From: an uncultured candidate division Zixibacteria bacterium
GTDB taxonomy: Bacteria; Zixibacteria; MSB-5A5; UBA10806
Reading direction: 5' to 3'
DNA: 64,000 nt
NCBI GenBank assembly: GCA_963817915.1
Contig: CAWFQL010000012.1
Location: 448,001-512,000 of the forward strand
In this document: positions 1 through 11,109 of the stretch, piece by piece
How positions within the stretch are numbered: the first letter of the stretch is position 1
How the letters are laid out: each line of letters starts with the position of its first letter
The notes under the pieces: generated by a model
Database searches by the model: none
What the model was told of the DNA's origin: nothing
What the model saw: the letters and a program-made list of their open reading frames with translations, nothing else
Position numbers and translations under genes: made by a program

Positions 1-66
1 GATGCCTGAATAATACATGGCAACAGCAGCCAGATACTTTGCGATTCTTTTTAACTGTGCGATCAT
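1..66 (-). CDS. N-terminus of a CDS running off the window edge (MIAQLKRIAKYLAAVAMYYSGI...), possibly a polysaccharide deacetylase
   Basis: ATG at 66 just downstream of the DegT stop; open to position 1; N-terminus resembles those of EPS deacetylases. Confidence 0.45.
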   Translation of the reverse strand, partial: MIAQLKRIAKYLAAVAMYYSGI

Positions 67-74
67 ATTAAAAA

Positions 75-1277
75 CTATTTTCCAGTTAGGCATTCAAGAA
101 TTTTATCTACATCGCGGTTCGTTAAATAAGGATGAGTGGGCAGAGTAAAAAGCCGATCTACAACAGTCTGAGCCCCATTAAAATCGAATTCCTGATTTGC
201 CAGGTATCTTCCAATTCCCGGTATTTGACTAATTGTCGATGGATACATCGCACTAGCCTTTATGCCATATTTCGAAAGTCTGAAAATGGCCTTATCTCGC
301 TCATTTCTGTTGCGAGCCATGACGGGAAGACGCACGTAAATCGTATTATTGTTTTCGCTATATCCGGGAATTTTATAACGATCATCGCATGATAGTCTTT
401 CACCAATCATTTTTGCATTTTGGGATCTAATCGCATTAAAATGATTTAGCTTATGAAACATCGCGGCTCCGGCGCACTTCTGCAACCGCGAGAGACCGCC
501 TATTTCAAAGTTTGGCTCAAAGACCGTCTGGCCCAAGTTGAGGAATGGCATCTTATTGGGCAGCCAGTATAATCTTGGATGAAGCATTAAGGCATACGCG
601 ATAATCTTCAAAAGCGCAGATAATTCATGAGCCGTTGAATATTGGCGCATTTTCTTAGCAGTTTTCTCTACAATTACAGCGAGCTCATCCTTATTTGTGA
701 TTAAAATGCCGCCAAGATATGTAGACAAGGGTTTGCCGCGATCAAGACTGAATATGCCAGCATCACCAAAACTGCCCGCCGGTCGATTTCCAAATCTTGA
801 TCCCATTGCCTGGGCTGAATCATCTATTATAAAAACATTATGATCTCGACGGATAGGCAATAAATTATCCCAATTACTGACAATTCCGAACAGATTGCTT
901 GGTACAATCGCCAGGACTTTATCGAAATTCAGTTTCAATAGTTGTCCATAATCGAAATCCATGGTCGATGGGTCAATGTCGACCAGCCGAATCTTCAGTC
1001 CAAGCTTAGCGACCGGAGCCGCAACCGTAAAACAAGTATAAGCGGGGATAATCACTTCATCCCTTGATGAATCTGATAGCTTCATCATGCCATCAAGCGC
1101 ATGATAGAGAGCGGTTCTTCCCAGATTAAAAAGAAAACAATGCTTCGCTCCGGTTAGAGTCTTTATTTGGTTAATAAAGATTGAAGAGTTCGCTTCGGGC
1201 TTAAAACGAGAACCGAGCATTTTAAAAATGTCTGCAGTCGAGATCGGAAAGCCTGCTGGAGGAACTAAATATGGCAT
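75..1277 (-). CDS. DegT/DnrJ/EryC1/StrS family PLP-dependent sugar aminotransferase
   Basis: EVIIPAYTC, IIDDSAQAMG, FSLDRGK (PLP lysine), LFTLPTHP motifs. Confidence 0.9.
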   Translation of the reverse strand: MPYLVPPAGFPISTADIFKMLGSRFKPEANSSIFINQIKTLTGAKHCFLFNLGRTALYHALDGMMKLSDSSRDEVIIPAYTCFTVAAPVAKLGLKIRLVDIDPSTMDFDYGQLLKLNFDKVLAIVPSNLFGIVSNWDNLLPIRRDHNVFIIDDSAQAMGSRFGNRPAGSFGDAGIFSLDRGKPLSTYLGGILITNKDELAVIVEKTAKKMRQYSTAHELSALLKIIAYALMLHPRLYWLPNKMPFLNLGQTVFEPNFEIGGLSRLQKCAGAAMFHKLNHFNAIRSQNAKMIGERLSCDDRYKIPGYSENNNTIYVRLPVMARNRNERDKAIFRLSKYGIKASAMYPSTISQIPGIGRYLANQEFDFNGAQTVVDRLFTLPTHPYLTNRDVDKILECLTGK

Positions 1278-1345
1278 AAATTAATTTCTCGCCAAATTCC
1301 AATTTTAGACGATTTTGTCCGACGATAGTGCTCAGCCATCAAAAT

Positions 1346-2467
1346 TTAACGCCCCAATTGCCTTCTGATTATTGGCCCTAAATATCTCGTCATTGACAGG
1401 GGCACAGTCTTATTCCAGGCCGTGCTGAAAAATTTCATTGTATTGGATGAGGAATCAATTGGGCCATGCGAAGGCCTATCATTCTTAGGGTCAGCATTCA
1501 ATAGATAATGATTGTAATCTACAAGTTCTGCTCCCCATTTTTCCTTAAATATCTTTTGCCCATCGTACCGTATCGATCCAAAGTCAAAAAACTCATATTT
1601 ATTTTCAATTCCCCATTTGATGAAACGCCAATGACAAAGATCGTTAGGCCGCTTATCCCAATAAGCAGGGTCCGAAACAGTATTGATAATATGTATGCCT
1701 TTACCAACAGCAAAACCCAATAATGACGCGATAATTTTGCCTTCATATTCCGCCCAGAATATTTTTAGATATTTACTGAGATTTTCGGCTATTTGGGAAT
1801 AATAGGTAAGAGGGTGGGCCGGAACTCCGAGCCTTTTCATCGATTGCAAAAACAGCGGGTAAAAATTATCTTTTATCATCCCGGGATCGGATTTTTCATA
1901 GCAGGTCACATTATTGCGTTCAGCCTTTCGAATAGCCTTGCGAACCATTCGATCAACTTTGGTCTCGAAAAATAGATCTGCATCAGCCTCCAATTTTAAT
2001 ATCCCGCGATAATGCTGATTGGTAGGAATTAGATATTTGTCCCGTATATTTTGGGGGATACCAAACCCGCCATGAATTTCGGCGGACTTGACCTTTGCCT
2101 GCACCAGTACTTCTCTGGTCAGATTGAAGACATCATCATATTCTTCTGCTTTCAAATCTCCAAGCAGCAAGCCACCATATTCTGAGAATGGTTGAGAAAG
2201 TAATTTTTTTCCGAAGAAAACACTATTGAATATAAAAAATGGGATTATTCCGACTACGTTCTCGTTTTTTTCCAAAAGATAATAATGAGGCTGATAACGA
2301 TATGAATTCTCGACGACCTTTTTATACCCAATTAGATGGCAAAATCTGCCTTCCGGGTGATTAATAACAAAATTGTCCCAGGACGTCTGATAAGATTCAT
2401 CCGATGAAAGCGGCGTTAAATTTATTCCGGATAATAGTTCTATTTTTTTATTCAACTTCTTTTCCAT
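1346..2467 (-). CDS. FemAB-like GNAT-fold protein (EPS aminoacyl/acyltransferase)
   Basis: SQPFSEYGG, RKAIRKAER, FFDFG...FKEKWGA motifs. Confidence 0.8.
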   Translation of the reverse strand: MEKKLNKKIELLSGINLTPLSSDESYQTSWDNFVINHPEGRFCHLIGYKKVVENSYRYQPHYYLLEKNENVVGIIPFFIFNSVFFGKKLLSQPFSEYGGLLLGDLKAEEYDDVFNLTREVLVQAKVKSAEIHGGFGIPQNIRDKYLIPTNQHYRGILKLEADADLFFETKVDRMVRKAIRKAERNNVTCYEKSDPGMIKDNFYPLFLQSMKRLGVPAHPLTYYSQIAENLSKYLKIFWAEYEGKIIASLLGFAVGKGIHIINTVSDPAYWDKRPNDLCHWRFIKWGIENKYEFFDFGSIRYDGQKIFKEKWGAELVDYNHYLLNADPKNDRPSHGPIDSSSNTMKFFSTAWNKTVPLSMTRYLGPIIRRQLGR

Positions 2468-2503
2468 TGGATAAATTCTAAATTAATTTGATTCACATTT
2501 CAT

Positions 2504-3934
2504 TTATTTTAGGAGGTTACAGCTTGCGCTACAAATTCTCGAATTTTCCTTTTCTGCTATATTTTTCAAGATGAAAGTAAGGGAGTAAAGAGTCCACATT
2601 TGTGGGTAGTATGCGGCCGATAAAAATGTTGCTGTCACAATATACCCTATTATTGAGGCTGGAATCGCGCTTGATATAACCATTATGGTCTCATCGTGAT
2701 TTGCAATAGGCAGCTTTCTTATATTTGCCACTGTCTTTAGCGCATAGATCATCAAAGCCAGATACATTATTATTCCAAAGACCCCCAGCTCTCCCATAAC
2801 TTGGGGAATCGTCCCATGAAAAGTCCTTCCCCATTGCGTATTTCGATCCCGAAATCCTTGCACATATTCAGGCATCCTGACCGGACCATTGCCTGCGCCC
2901 ACACCCGTTAATGGATTATCCATCATCATCCTGACTCCAGCCATCCAATATAGTCGCCTTAGACGTGCTGTGCCTTGGTCAGTCTGCTTTATAGACATTA
3001 TCTTTTGCCAGTAATCGGATGATGCGAATAGAGTCATGGCAATAGCGGCAAAGATTGTCATTGCGATTCCCAGCCATTTCTTTTTGGAGTAAAATATACT
3101 AAAAACCATTAGAGTTACCAAACCGACAAAGCCTCCCCTGGATGAACTGATCATTACGCCTATCGTAAATACGAAAAAAACAATAAGGCTAAAGTATTTT
3201 TTAGATGGTGTTTTGGCGTACACAAAATAATAATACGCAAATGGTATGACGGCAATTAATGCTAAAGCAAAATCAGCCTCGTCTCCGATAAATCCACTCC
3301 CCGTTCGTCCGCTCGAACGGTCTCCGGCTGCATTAATAAATCCTACCACAAAGTAATTTACAAAACCCTTATATGAGTGATAGAGATGAATAATCAAAAT
3401 CAACCATACTATGCCGCTTAATCTTTCTTTGGTGTCGACCACATTAGTTGCAATCAGGAATATTACAAAAACAGTAAACATGGCTTGGGTAGTATCGTAA
3501 GCAAATCGGTTATTGGCAGCTGTTATTATTGTCAGGCCCATCAATGCAATGAGAAGGATATAAATTGTATTAAAACGCTCCCAGCGGATATTCCTATGAT
3601 TTCTCGAAAGGCTCACAATCCAGGAAATAAGCATAAGCAATTCGATAATCATTGTGACTCGTAATGCTTCGAAGGCGGGGAATATATCAACAGGTCTTAG
3701 ATATTCACACAAAAAATATAACAGTACGCCGGCGTATACATTCATTAATACTACGATACCTACAACAACTGCGGGCACTATCGCGATTACGGCAAACTGC
3801 AATTTAAATGGCAATAATGCGAGAAGAATGGCCGCTATAATTGAAAAGATCAAAAAGAAGATAAATCCAAGCCGCCTGTTTGTAATCAGGTCGTCTTTGG
3901 TTTTAATCCAATTGGAATTTATGAAATCAGCCAT
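2504..3934 (-). CDS. O-antigen ligase/Wzy polymerase family membrane protein
   Basis: Multi-TM; SSSRGGFVGL, RRLYW..G..M..DNPLTGVG, H...ELG motifs. Confidence 0.85.
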   Translation of the reverse strand: MADFINSNWIKTKDDLITNRRLGFIFFLIFSIIAAILLALLPFKLQFAVIAIVPAVVVGIVVLMNVYAGVLLYFLCEYLRPVDIFPAFEALRVTMIIELLMLISWIVSLSRNHRNIRWERFNTIYILLIALMGLTIITAANNRFAYDTTQAMFTVFVIFLIATNVVDTKERLSGIVWLILIIHLYHSYKGFVNYFVVGFINAAGDRSSGRTGSGFIGDEADFALALIAVIPFAYYYFVYAKTPSKKYFSLIVFFVFTIGVMISSSRGGFVGLVTLMVFSIFYSKKKWLGIAMTIFAAIAMTLFASSDYWQKIMSIKQTDQGTARLRRLYWMAGVRMMMDNPLTGVGAGNGPVRMPEYVQGFRDRNTQWGRTFHGTIPQVMGELGVFGIIMYLALMIYALKTVANIRKLPIANHDETIMVISSAIPASIIGYIVTATFLSAAYYPQMWTLYSLTFILKNIAEKENSRICSASCNLLK

Positions 3935-4000
3935 TGTAAATAGCTCTTAGCATTAATTACTACTTCTACTCCTCGCATCCCTTCCAGGATCGATCTTAGC

Positions 4001-5476
4001 TCAGCCGCCAATAAATTGCCTTATTTTTAATGGATTTCTAACGCATTTTTTTACAAAATCCTTTTCATCTTGATTGAATATACCCGTAAAATAAAGCAAG
4101 GCTGGGAATAAAAATGTTAAAAACAAACTCGAAATCGATGATAAAAATACATTTTGAATGTTAATCACAAACGAACAGGTTAATAATATCGCATAAATGA
4201 TGGTCACCTGGAGAATTTTTGACCAGGCATATTCGATATGCAAAAGATATTGTCCAAATAAATAGATAAGCACAGCGCGAATAGCGTATGAGAATAATGT
4301 CGAATAAGCTGCTCCGATACTACCCCAACGTGGTATAAATAGAAAATTTAGCAAAAGATTAATTATACCGGCAATTGCTGATGAAAGCGCGAAATATTTG
4401 GTCTTATCATTGACCAATATACCCACTCCGACTATAAGAATAATCCCATTCAAAACGTACGCAAAGCTAATGAGTGGTACCAGTTTATAAGCGCTCCAGT
4501 ACGAAGGGTTAGAGATTAAACGGAGAACGTCCTTGGATAGTATTGAAAGCGCTAAACTTAAAAACATGGAGCCTAAGAGAAAATAAGTAAATACCTTGGA
4601 TATTGTCTCCTTGGCGCCGTCCTGTTTCACGATATCGAACATACGGGCGTGCCATATTTGTTGGAATGGAGCCACAAATAAAACTGATATCAGCATCCCA
4701 AACTTATAAGCCAAAGAATATAGTCCTACAGAATCCAAGTCGCGATAGTGGTTTAGGAAAAATCGGTCGGCAAAGGTCAGCATAAAGGCGGAGAGATCAG
4801 AAACCAGGAGTGGCGCCCCAAATTTGAACATATGCAATATTATATTTCCACTGAATTTAAATTTCGTTTCGCGGAAAGTAGACCAAAGGAGATATGCACT
4901 GATCGTAACAGAGGCAATTAGTGAGCTGTAGAGAATTCCGGCAACACCCATTCTAAAATACACAAGAAACACAATATTGAGTATCAGGCTAAGTATCAGT
5001 CTAACAGTTCCAACTAATATGTATCGCAAGCTCTGTTGTTTTGCTCTTAGATACACAAGTGGAATTTCTATTCCGGCTGAGAAGAACATGGTTGTGAACA
5101 TAATGCGGAAATAGCCAGAATATTCCACTGTTCCGAACACCAGTTTTGTAATAGAATTAGAGAGCAAGTAACCGGCCGTGGCCGTAAATCCCATTATCAC
5201 TAGCGTACTTATAATTGATGAACTGACGACCAATTTTCGTTCGTCTGTGTTTCCGAATTTGTAGTAGAAACGCATGACGGCCGCCGTCATACCGGCACCG
5301 ACTATGGTGGATATTACATCAATCGTGAGCGTAAGAAGCTCCAATATGCCATATTCGGCCGGTACCAGCAGATTTGTATAAAGCGGAATCATAAGGAACG
5401 ATATAATTTTGCTTAGAACAATACCAAGCGTATATATCGATCCATGTTTAGCTATATTTTTTATTTCATTATACAT
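4001..5476 (-). CDS. Wzx-type oligosaccharide flippase
   Basis: Multi-TM; PLYTNLL..EYG, DRFFL, VGLYSLAYK, GAAYST motifs. Confidence 0.88.
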   Translation of the reverse strand: MYNEIKNIAKHGSIYTLGIVLSKIISFLMIPLYTNLLVPAEYGILELLTLTIDVISTIVGAGMTAAVMRFYYKFGNTDERKLVVSSSIISTLVIMGFTATAGYLLSNSITKLVFGTVEYSGYFRIMFTTMFFSAGIEIPLVYLRAKQQSLRYILVGTVRLILSLILNIVFLVYFRMGVAGILYSSLIASVTISAYLLWSTFRETKFKFSGNIILHMFKFGAPLLVSDLSAFMLTFADRFFLNHYRDLDSVGLYSLAYKFGMLISVLFVAPFQQIWHARMFDIVKQDGAKETISKVFTYFLLGSMFLSLALSILSKDVLRLISNPSYWSAYKLVPLISFAYVLNGIILIVGVGILVNDKTKYFALSSAIAGIINLLLNFLFIPRWGSIGAAYSTLFSYAIRAVLIYLFGQYLLHIEYAWSKILQVTIIYAILLTCSFVINIQNVFLSSISSLFLTFLFPALLYFTGIFNQDEKDFVKKCVRNPLKIRQFIGG

Positions 5477-5554
5477 GCCAAAGATTTGAAAGATTCTCCC
5501 GTATCCAATGTGATAGTCGAAATTTGAAAATCTTTAGAATCTAATTTGAATCCC

Positions 5555-6898
5555 TCAATTCGTTAAATTGCTCATGATCTGAGCCAATTTCTCAGTTTGT
5601 TTGCGTCTTGTAATTTCCCGCAGTTTTACTTTGTCGCTTTCGATAGTATTTGTCCCGATATTTCTTTCATTCATAAGTTTAGTTATGCAATTCTTTATTG
5701 CTTTCTTGTCGTTAATCCCAGCTTCTAAGACACTATTAAATTGGCTCAAAAACTCACTCGTCATTCCTGGCGGTATTAACGCGAGAATCTTATTGCCGGT
5801 TGCCAGATATTCGAATGTCTTACCGGGGATTGCGGAATTTGCCATTTCGGATTGTATTACCAACAAAACATCGGCATTCATAATCTTGTCGAAATATCTA
5901 TCTTTCGGAATCGGCCCGGAACTGAAAACAATTCCGTCCAATTTTAATTCCCTAATCAAATTTCTTATCTTCGCGTCGCCGAGATCATTCTTGCCCACAA
6001 ATTCAATCCGAATCTCTTCTTTATTTATGAGATTTTCTGCAATCAATTCGGAAACTGCCTCGAAAAAGGCAGATGGATCCCGGCCCATATATAATGTGCC
6101 AGCATAAAGAAAGCTTAATGGTTCATTTTTATTTTTTGTCATCTTCACTCGGCCTTCAAAATCCTCTTCATCATAGCCATTGAAAATTGTCGAACATTTC
6201 CCGTCCTTCAAATAATACTTATTTTTGAATTGACTGGCTATTAACGGTGTAGCTGTAATGATAAGTCTCGCTTTCGTGATTACGGCCCTTTCAAGGCATC
6301 GTTCTACAAAATCGGAAAGCTTGTTTGAATGAGCGTATAATCTGACTCCCATCGTCCACGGATCCCGAAAATCGACGACCAATTTTCGGCCCGTGAAAAA
6401 TTTGGCGGCCAAGCCAATCAGATGTCCAGTGAATGGCGGACCTGAAGCATATATGATATCTATTTTATTCTTCCTTATCAGCTTGATCGCGGCAAATACT
6501 CCGGGGAAAAACCAGCCGATATGTTCATCCGGCGTGGCAGATAATGAATCTATTAATTTTTTCCATAATGGCCTCCTAATTGGGAGTCTTTCACCGGCAG
6601 AAGCGGTACTATCACTGATTTTTTGCCCGGAATTATTTTCCGGATTCTTATGTCGTTTGATTTTTTTTTTCAACATCGAAATAAGATCATCGAGCGTAAG
6701 CCATTTTGAAGTGCGATGAATTTTAAAACTATATTCGTGGTCAGATGTGTCTACAGTGGGATAATATCTGGTTTCTACGGTTAAAATATATGGATCCCAG
6801 CCATAACTAGGCAAATATTTGGCAAATTTGACGCTTCGAACAGCTCCTACTTCCAAATCAGGATGGAAATGATAGGCAATGATTAATACTTTTGGCAT
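5555..6898 (-). CDS. Glycosyltransferase family 4
   Basis: KVLIIAYHFHP, DFRDPW, NGYDEEDF, IPGKTFEYL motifs. Confidence 0.88.
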   Translation of the reverse strand: MPKVLIIAYHFHPDLEVGAVRSVKFAKYLPSYGWDPYILTVETRYYPTVDTSDHEYSFKIHRTSKWLTLDDLISMLKKKIKRHKNPENNSGQKISDSTASAGERLPIRRPLWKKLIDSLSATPDEHIGWFFPGVFAAIKLIRKNKIDIIYASGPPFTGHLIGLAAKFFTGRKLVVDFRDPWTMGVRLYAHSNKLSDFVERCLERAVITKARLIITATPLIASQFKNKYYLKDGKCSTIFNGYDEEDFEGRVKMTKNKNEPLSFLYAGTLYMGRDPSAFFEAVSELIAENLINKEEIRIEFVGKNDLGDAKIRNLIRELKLDGIVFSSGPIPKDRYFDKIMNADVLLVIQSEMANSAIPGKTFEYLATGNKILALIPPGMTSEFLSQFNSVLEAGINDKKAIKNCITKLMNERNIGTNTIESDKVKLREITRRKQTEKLAQIMSNLTN

Positions 6899-7087
6899 TT
6901 TACATACTCTAATAACAAAATTACCTGATGAAAATAATCATTCCCATATCGCGGGAGATGCCGCATTTCTATCACTATTATCACATATCCCATATCTACG
7001 CTAATTCCAAATTATTCTTTCATTGAGTCGATACAAATCATATTGAATTTCCATCTCGGAAACCCCATCTGCTTTCTGAATTGGTTC

Positions 7088-7729
7088 CTAAATCATCCCC
7101 AATTCCTTAAGTTCCTTTTCAAATCTTATTTTATACATATATGGAAGTATCTCGTCATAATTTCCAACCGCTATATCCTGGAAATTGCCATCTTTTTTGC
7201 ATTTATAATAATGCTCCTTGCTCCTATAACCGATGACTTCGGCCGGATTTCCGAGGACTATTGCCAAGGGAGGAACATTCTTGGTTACTACCGCGCCCAT
7301 GCCTATAATTGCGCCTTCTCCAATTTCGATTCCCGGCATTATCATGACTCCGGCGCCTGTCCAGACGAATTCCCTTATGACTACAGGCTTGAGTTCGACA
7401 CCGTTATCGAATGGTATCCTTTGGGCGTTGCGATATTTATGCTGGACTGTAAAAATAGTACAATTGTATCCAATGCCAGTGTTTTGGCCAATATAAAGAC
7501 CACCCTGTGAATTGATCATCGTCCCACTATAAATTGAGACCCTATCTTTTAAAACAACCCTGTTCGGCATATTTATAAGTACATTATTGTCGATTTTAAT
7601 GTCTTTCCCATATTCCTTGAACTGCTCGGGTAAATATTCTCTTGATTGGCTTCTTAGAAATTGGTCATAATTCCATGATAGGAATTTGTAAATCAGGCTT
7701 TTACCAAATAGCTTCTTAATTATATTCAT
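7088..7729 (-). CDS. Hexapeptide-repeat (left-handed beta-helix) O-acyltransferase
   Basis: VWTGAGVMIMPGIEIGEGAIIGMGAVVTKNVP...GNPA. Confidence 0.88.
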   Translation of the reverse strand: MNIIKKLFGKSLIYKFLSWNYDQFLRSQSREYLPEQFKEYGKDIKIDNNVLINMPNRVVLKDRVSIYSGTMINSQGGLYIGQNTGIGYNCTIFTVQHKYRNAQRIPFDNGVELKPVVIREFVWTGAGVMIMPGIEIGEGAIIGMGAVVTKNVPPLAIVLGNPAEVIGYRSKEHYYKCKKDGNFQDIAVGNYDEILPYMYKIRFEKELKELGMI

Positions 7730-8050
7730 ATGGTGATTAATTGACTCAAGTCGAAATTGTCAATCCCTAAAATTGTTGCTTATCCCCGGTTTCCTGCAAA
7801 ATACCGAACAGGCTGCTTAATATCATATCGGCATCCTAATGTCAACTTACAGCTTGTCACCGGAGCTAAATATATCAACTTCCTCAACTTAAAAGAAAAT
7901 TCTTGCGGAATTCAACCTTATTCCATAATCTAATAAATTCATTTCCACTGCCGACAAAAAAAGGGAGGCATTTGATGGGAAATATTTGCTGTTTTGAATC
8001 CAGTGGAGTGATATGCCGAATCGATAACTATAGGAAGACAACTGAGAATT

Positions 8051-9148
8051 ATGGCTAAAAAGATTATCCTAATTACAGGCGCCAGACCCAATTTCATAAA
8101 GGCGGCGCCGCTATTGTCGGAATTGCATAAACATTCCGACAAAATCCAAACAATTTTGGTTCATACCGGACAGCATTATAATCATAACCTTTCTCAGCTT
8201 TTTTTCGAGGAATTGAAAATGCCCAAACCCGATATTTATCTCGGGATCGGCTCCGGAAGCCATAGCCAGCAGACCGCTGGCATGATGACTGGCCTCGAAA
8301 AGGCATTTGAAGATCATAAACCGGACATGGTCGTGGTTTTTGGAGACGTTAATTCGACTCTGGCAGGTTCGTTGGTAGCCTCGAAAATGTGTATTCCGAT
8401 CGCTCACGTCGAATCGGGATTGAGAAGTTTCGACATGACAATGCCCGAGGAAGTAAATCGAATCGTTACCGACCGACTATCAGATATCTGCTTTGTCTCC
8501 GAAAATTCAGGCATGGTGAATTTGCGAAATGAAGGAGTATCGTCGGAAAAGATGTTTTTTGTAGGCAATATTATGATTGATTCTCTGATTAAACATCTCG
8601 AAGTTTGCAGGAAATCGGCAATATTGGATACGTTAAAATTGACCCCCAAAAACTATGTGGCGATCACACTTCATCGTCCATCCAATGTCGATAACGCTGA
8701 TATTCTCAAGAAGGTCCTAATGGTGCTTAAAAATATAAGTAAAAGAATACCGATTGTATTTCCTTGTCATCCAAGGACTAAGAGCGATTTAGAAAAATTC
8801 GGACTATTGGATTTTGCTGAAAAAGATAATATTCGAATAATTGAGCCGTTGGGGTATATCGAATTTCTCAGGCTCCAGAGTGACGCTAAATTTATCTTAA
8901 CGGATTCCGGGGGAATTCAGGAAGAAACCACATATCTGCATATTCCCTGCGTTACTTTGAGGTACAATACCGAACGACCTGTCACAGTTGATGTTGGTAG
9001 TAATGTGCTCACCGGGCCGGAACCTGAAAAGATATTGGCGGCGGTCGACCAAATTTTTAATAGCACCTTTAAGGCCGGCCAAATCCCGCCGCTCTGGGAT
9101 GGGGCTACCGCCGGTAGAATCGCCGATATCATATTGAAGAAATGCTAA
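8051..9148 (+). CDS. wecB: UDP-N-acetylglucosamine 2-epimerase (non-hydrolysing)
   Basis: GARPNFIK, HTGQHY, GDVNST, HVESGLRS, TDSGGIQEE, TERP motifs. Confidence 0.95.
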   Translation: MAKKIILITGARPNFIKAAPLLSELHKHSDKIQTILVHTGQHYNHNLSQLFFEELKMPKPDIYLGIGSGSHSQQTAGMMTGLEKAFEDHKPDMVVVFGDVNSTLAGSLVASKMCIPIAHVESGLRSFDMTMPEEVNRIVTDRLSDICFVSENSGMVNLRNEGVSSEKMFFVGNIMIDSLIKHLEVCRKSAILDTLKLTPKNYVAITLHRPSNVDNADILKKVLMVLKNISKRIPIVFPCHPRTKSDLEKFGLLDFAEKDNIRIIEPLGYIEFLRLQSDAKFILTDSGGIQEETTYLHIPCVTLRYNTERPVTVDVGSNVLTGPEPEKILAAVDQIFNSTFKAGQIPPLWDGATAGRIADIILKKC

Positions 9149-9220
9149 AATCTTTTGTACAATCCATATTACAGGAATCAAGCTTATTGCGGATTCGTAA
9201 TCTATTGAGCTCCTCTTAAG

Positions 9221-10108
9221 GTGATAATGACAGAAAAGATTAATTCCAAATTCGAACGATATTTTGAAAATGCGAATCTTCCCAACGCAAATGTCACGGA
9301 GGAACAGGGGTACTTTTCGCGGGAAGACAAGCATCTATATTATTTTTTGTGTGCCCCTAAAAGTCCTTCGAATATCGGCATGGTACTCTGTAGCCCATTC
9401 GGTGAGGAGAAAGTACGAACGATAAGGATTTTTATGTCGTTCGCGCGTATCATGGCGGCGCTGGGTATCACGACTATGTGTTTTGACTACTACGGCGATG
9501 GCGACAGCGAGGGGAATTTCGAGGATGCTACTTATGATGATAGAATAAGGGATATTCATGCTGCTATCGATTTTCTAAAAATTAAGAAATCAATCAAGAA
9601 AACCGGTCTGTTAGGCTTGCGTTGGGGCGGTACCCTTGCTGCCTTAGCTGCAGAGGATATCAAGCCAGATTTTCTTGTTTTGTGGGATCCTATTGTAGAC
9701 ACTGCCAAGTATTTTTTCAATGCGCTTAGATTAAATATCGCGTCTCAGACCCTGATTTGGGGTAAAGTGAAAAAAAATCGGGAAGCGCTAATTAAAGATA
9801 TGGAAGCCGGCGAAAATGTGATAATTGAAGGCTATCCACTAACTGGAAATCTTTACAACAACGCTATCAAGAATGATTTGAAGAAGCAGAATTTTAAATT
9901 TAGCGGCAAGGCTTTAATAATCCAAATTTCAAAAAGCTCTGGCGAAATAAAGCAGGAGATAGCAGACTTGGGCAGGGCTTACAGCTATTCCGAAATTCAT
10001 GCCGTTGACAAGGAATTCGAATGGGACAAAAGTATAATCTGGGAGCCTTCGCCGCCCCAGCTTTTTGACACAACCATAACTTTTTTGGAAAAAAATGGAT
10101 TTGTTTAG
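9221..10108 (+). CDS. Alpha/beta hydrolase, exosortase-system 'hydrolase 2'-like
   Basis: PFGEE, FDYYGDGDSEG, GLRWGG elbow, LWDP. Confidence 0.75.
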   Translation: MIMTEKINSKFERYFENANLPNANVTEEQGYFSREDKHLYYFLCAPKSPSNIGMVLCSPFGEEKVRTIRIFMSFARIMAALGITTMCFDYYGDGDSEGNFEDATYDDRIRDIHAAIDFLKIKKSIKKTGLLGLRWGGTLAALAAEDIKPDFLVLWDPIVDTAKYFFNALRLNIASQTLIWGKVKKNREALIKDMEAGENVIIEGYPLTGNLYNNAIKNDLKKQNFKFSGKALIIQISKSSGEIKQEIADLGRAYSYSEIHAVDKEFEWDKSIIWEPSPPQLFDTTITFLEKNGFV

Positions 10109-11048
10109 AGAAGAAGCCTTTAGTATTAAGAAGGATAATCAACAAACTCTTTACGGCATTATCCATAATCCAGTGAAACCCAACGGTTCATTGGTGATAT
10201 TGCTTAATATCGGGATGCAATTTCGAGTATGCCATTCACGGTTATTTGTTCTGCATGCCCGCTTTTTACAAGAGGCGGGATATACGGTTGTGAGAATTGA
10301 TACGACCGGGGTTGGTTACAGTCAGGGAGAGCATCAAATTGAACGCTCGGTTGATTTATTTGACTCAATTCAAACAGGTTTTTTCAAAAACGATGTTCTG
10401 GAAATAGTAAAATATTTCAAGCAAAAGCTGAATCCTGCGAAAATATTTCTTGTTGGCCTCTGCGGTGGAGCGTTATCGGCGATTTTCTCAGCCATCGAAG
10501 ACGAAAGTATCAACGGCATTATATTTACTGCGGGGCCCATAACATTGACATCAGCCGAATTCTCATTATCAGCCTTACATCCATTTGAGGCCGAGCAAAT
10601 GATGAAGGGATATCTCGGTAAAATAGCAAATCCAAAGGCCTGGGGCAGATTTTTTTCCGGAAAAACTTCTTATAAGGATATTTATTACTCGATCAAAGTC
10701 AGATTGACCGGTAAATCGGTCGTCAGCCGTCAGGATTCCGATGATGGTATTGCTGCTACGAATAGTTCAGAGGAGTTTAAGGGTGAAATTTTCAATCAGG
10801 CGTTTTTTGAAGCATTTAAGTCGCTCATGAAATTCCGCAGACCAATTCTATTCATAATGCCTCAGTTAGATCGCACCACTTATGATTTTGATAAGATATT
10901 CCTGCCCATGCTTGTTAATTTTAAAGCCGAACAGGCGTTTTATAGTGTTGCACGCATTGAGAAGGCCGACCATACTTTCACTCAACCAGAATCCGTCAGG
11001 GAAATGTTCAATATCACTCTTGACTGGCTAAATAAAAATATAAAGTAA
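10095..11048 (+). CDS. Alpha/beta hydrolase, exosortase-system 'hydrolase 1'-like
   Basis: RVCHSRLFV, GVGYSQG, GLCGGA elbow, ADHTF; overlaps the upstream gene by 14 nt. Confidence 0.75.
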   Translation: MDLFREEAFSIKKDNQQTLYGIIHNPVKPNGSLVILLNIGMQFRVCHSRLFVLHARFLQEAGYTVVRIDTTGVGYSQGEHQIERSVDLFDSIQTGFFKNDVLEIVKYFKQKLNPAKIFLVGLCGGALSAIFSAIEDESINGIIFTAGPITLTSAEFSLSALHPFEAEQMMKGYLGKIANPKAWGRFFSGKTSYKDIYYSIKVRLTGKSVVSRQDSDDGIAATNSSEEFKGEIFNQAFFEAFKSLMKFRRPILFIMPQLDRTTYDFDKIFLPMLVNFKAEQAFYSVARIEKADHTFTQPESVREMFNITLDWLNKNIK

Positions 11049-11109
11049 TTATTGCCTTATAAAAATTAATCGTCAGCTTTGATGGAAATTATACTTATTC
11101 TAATTCGGA

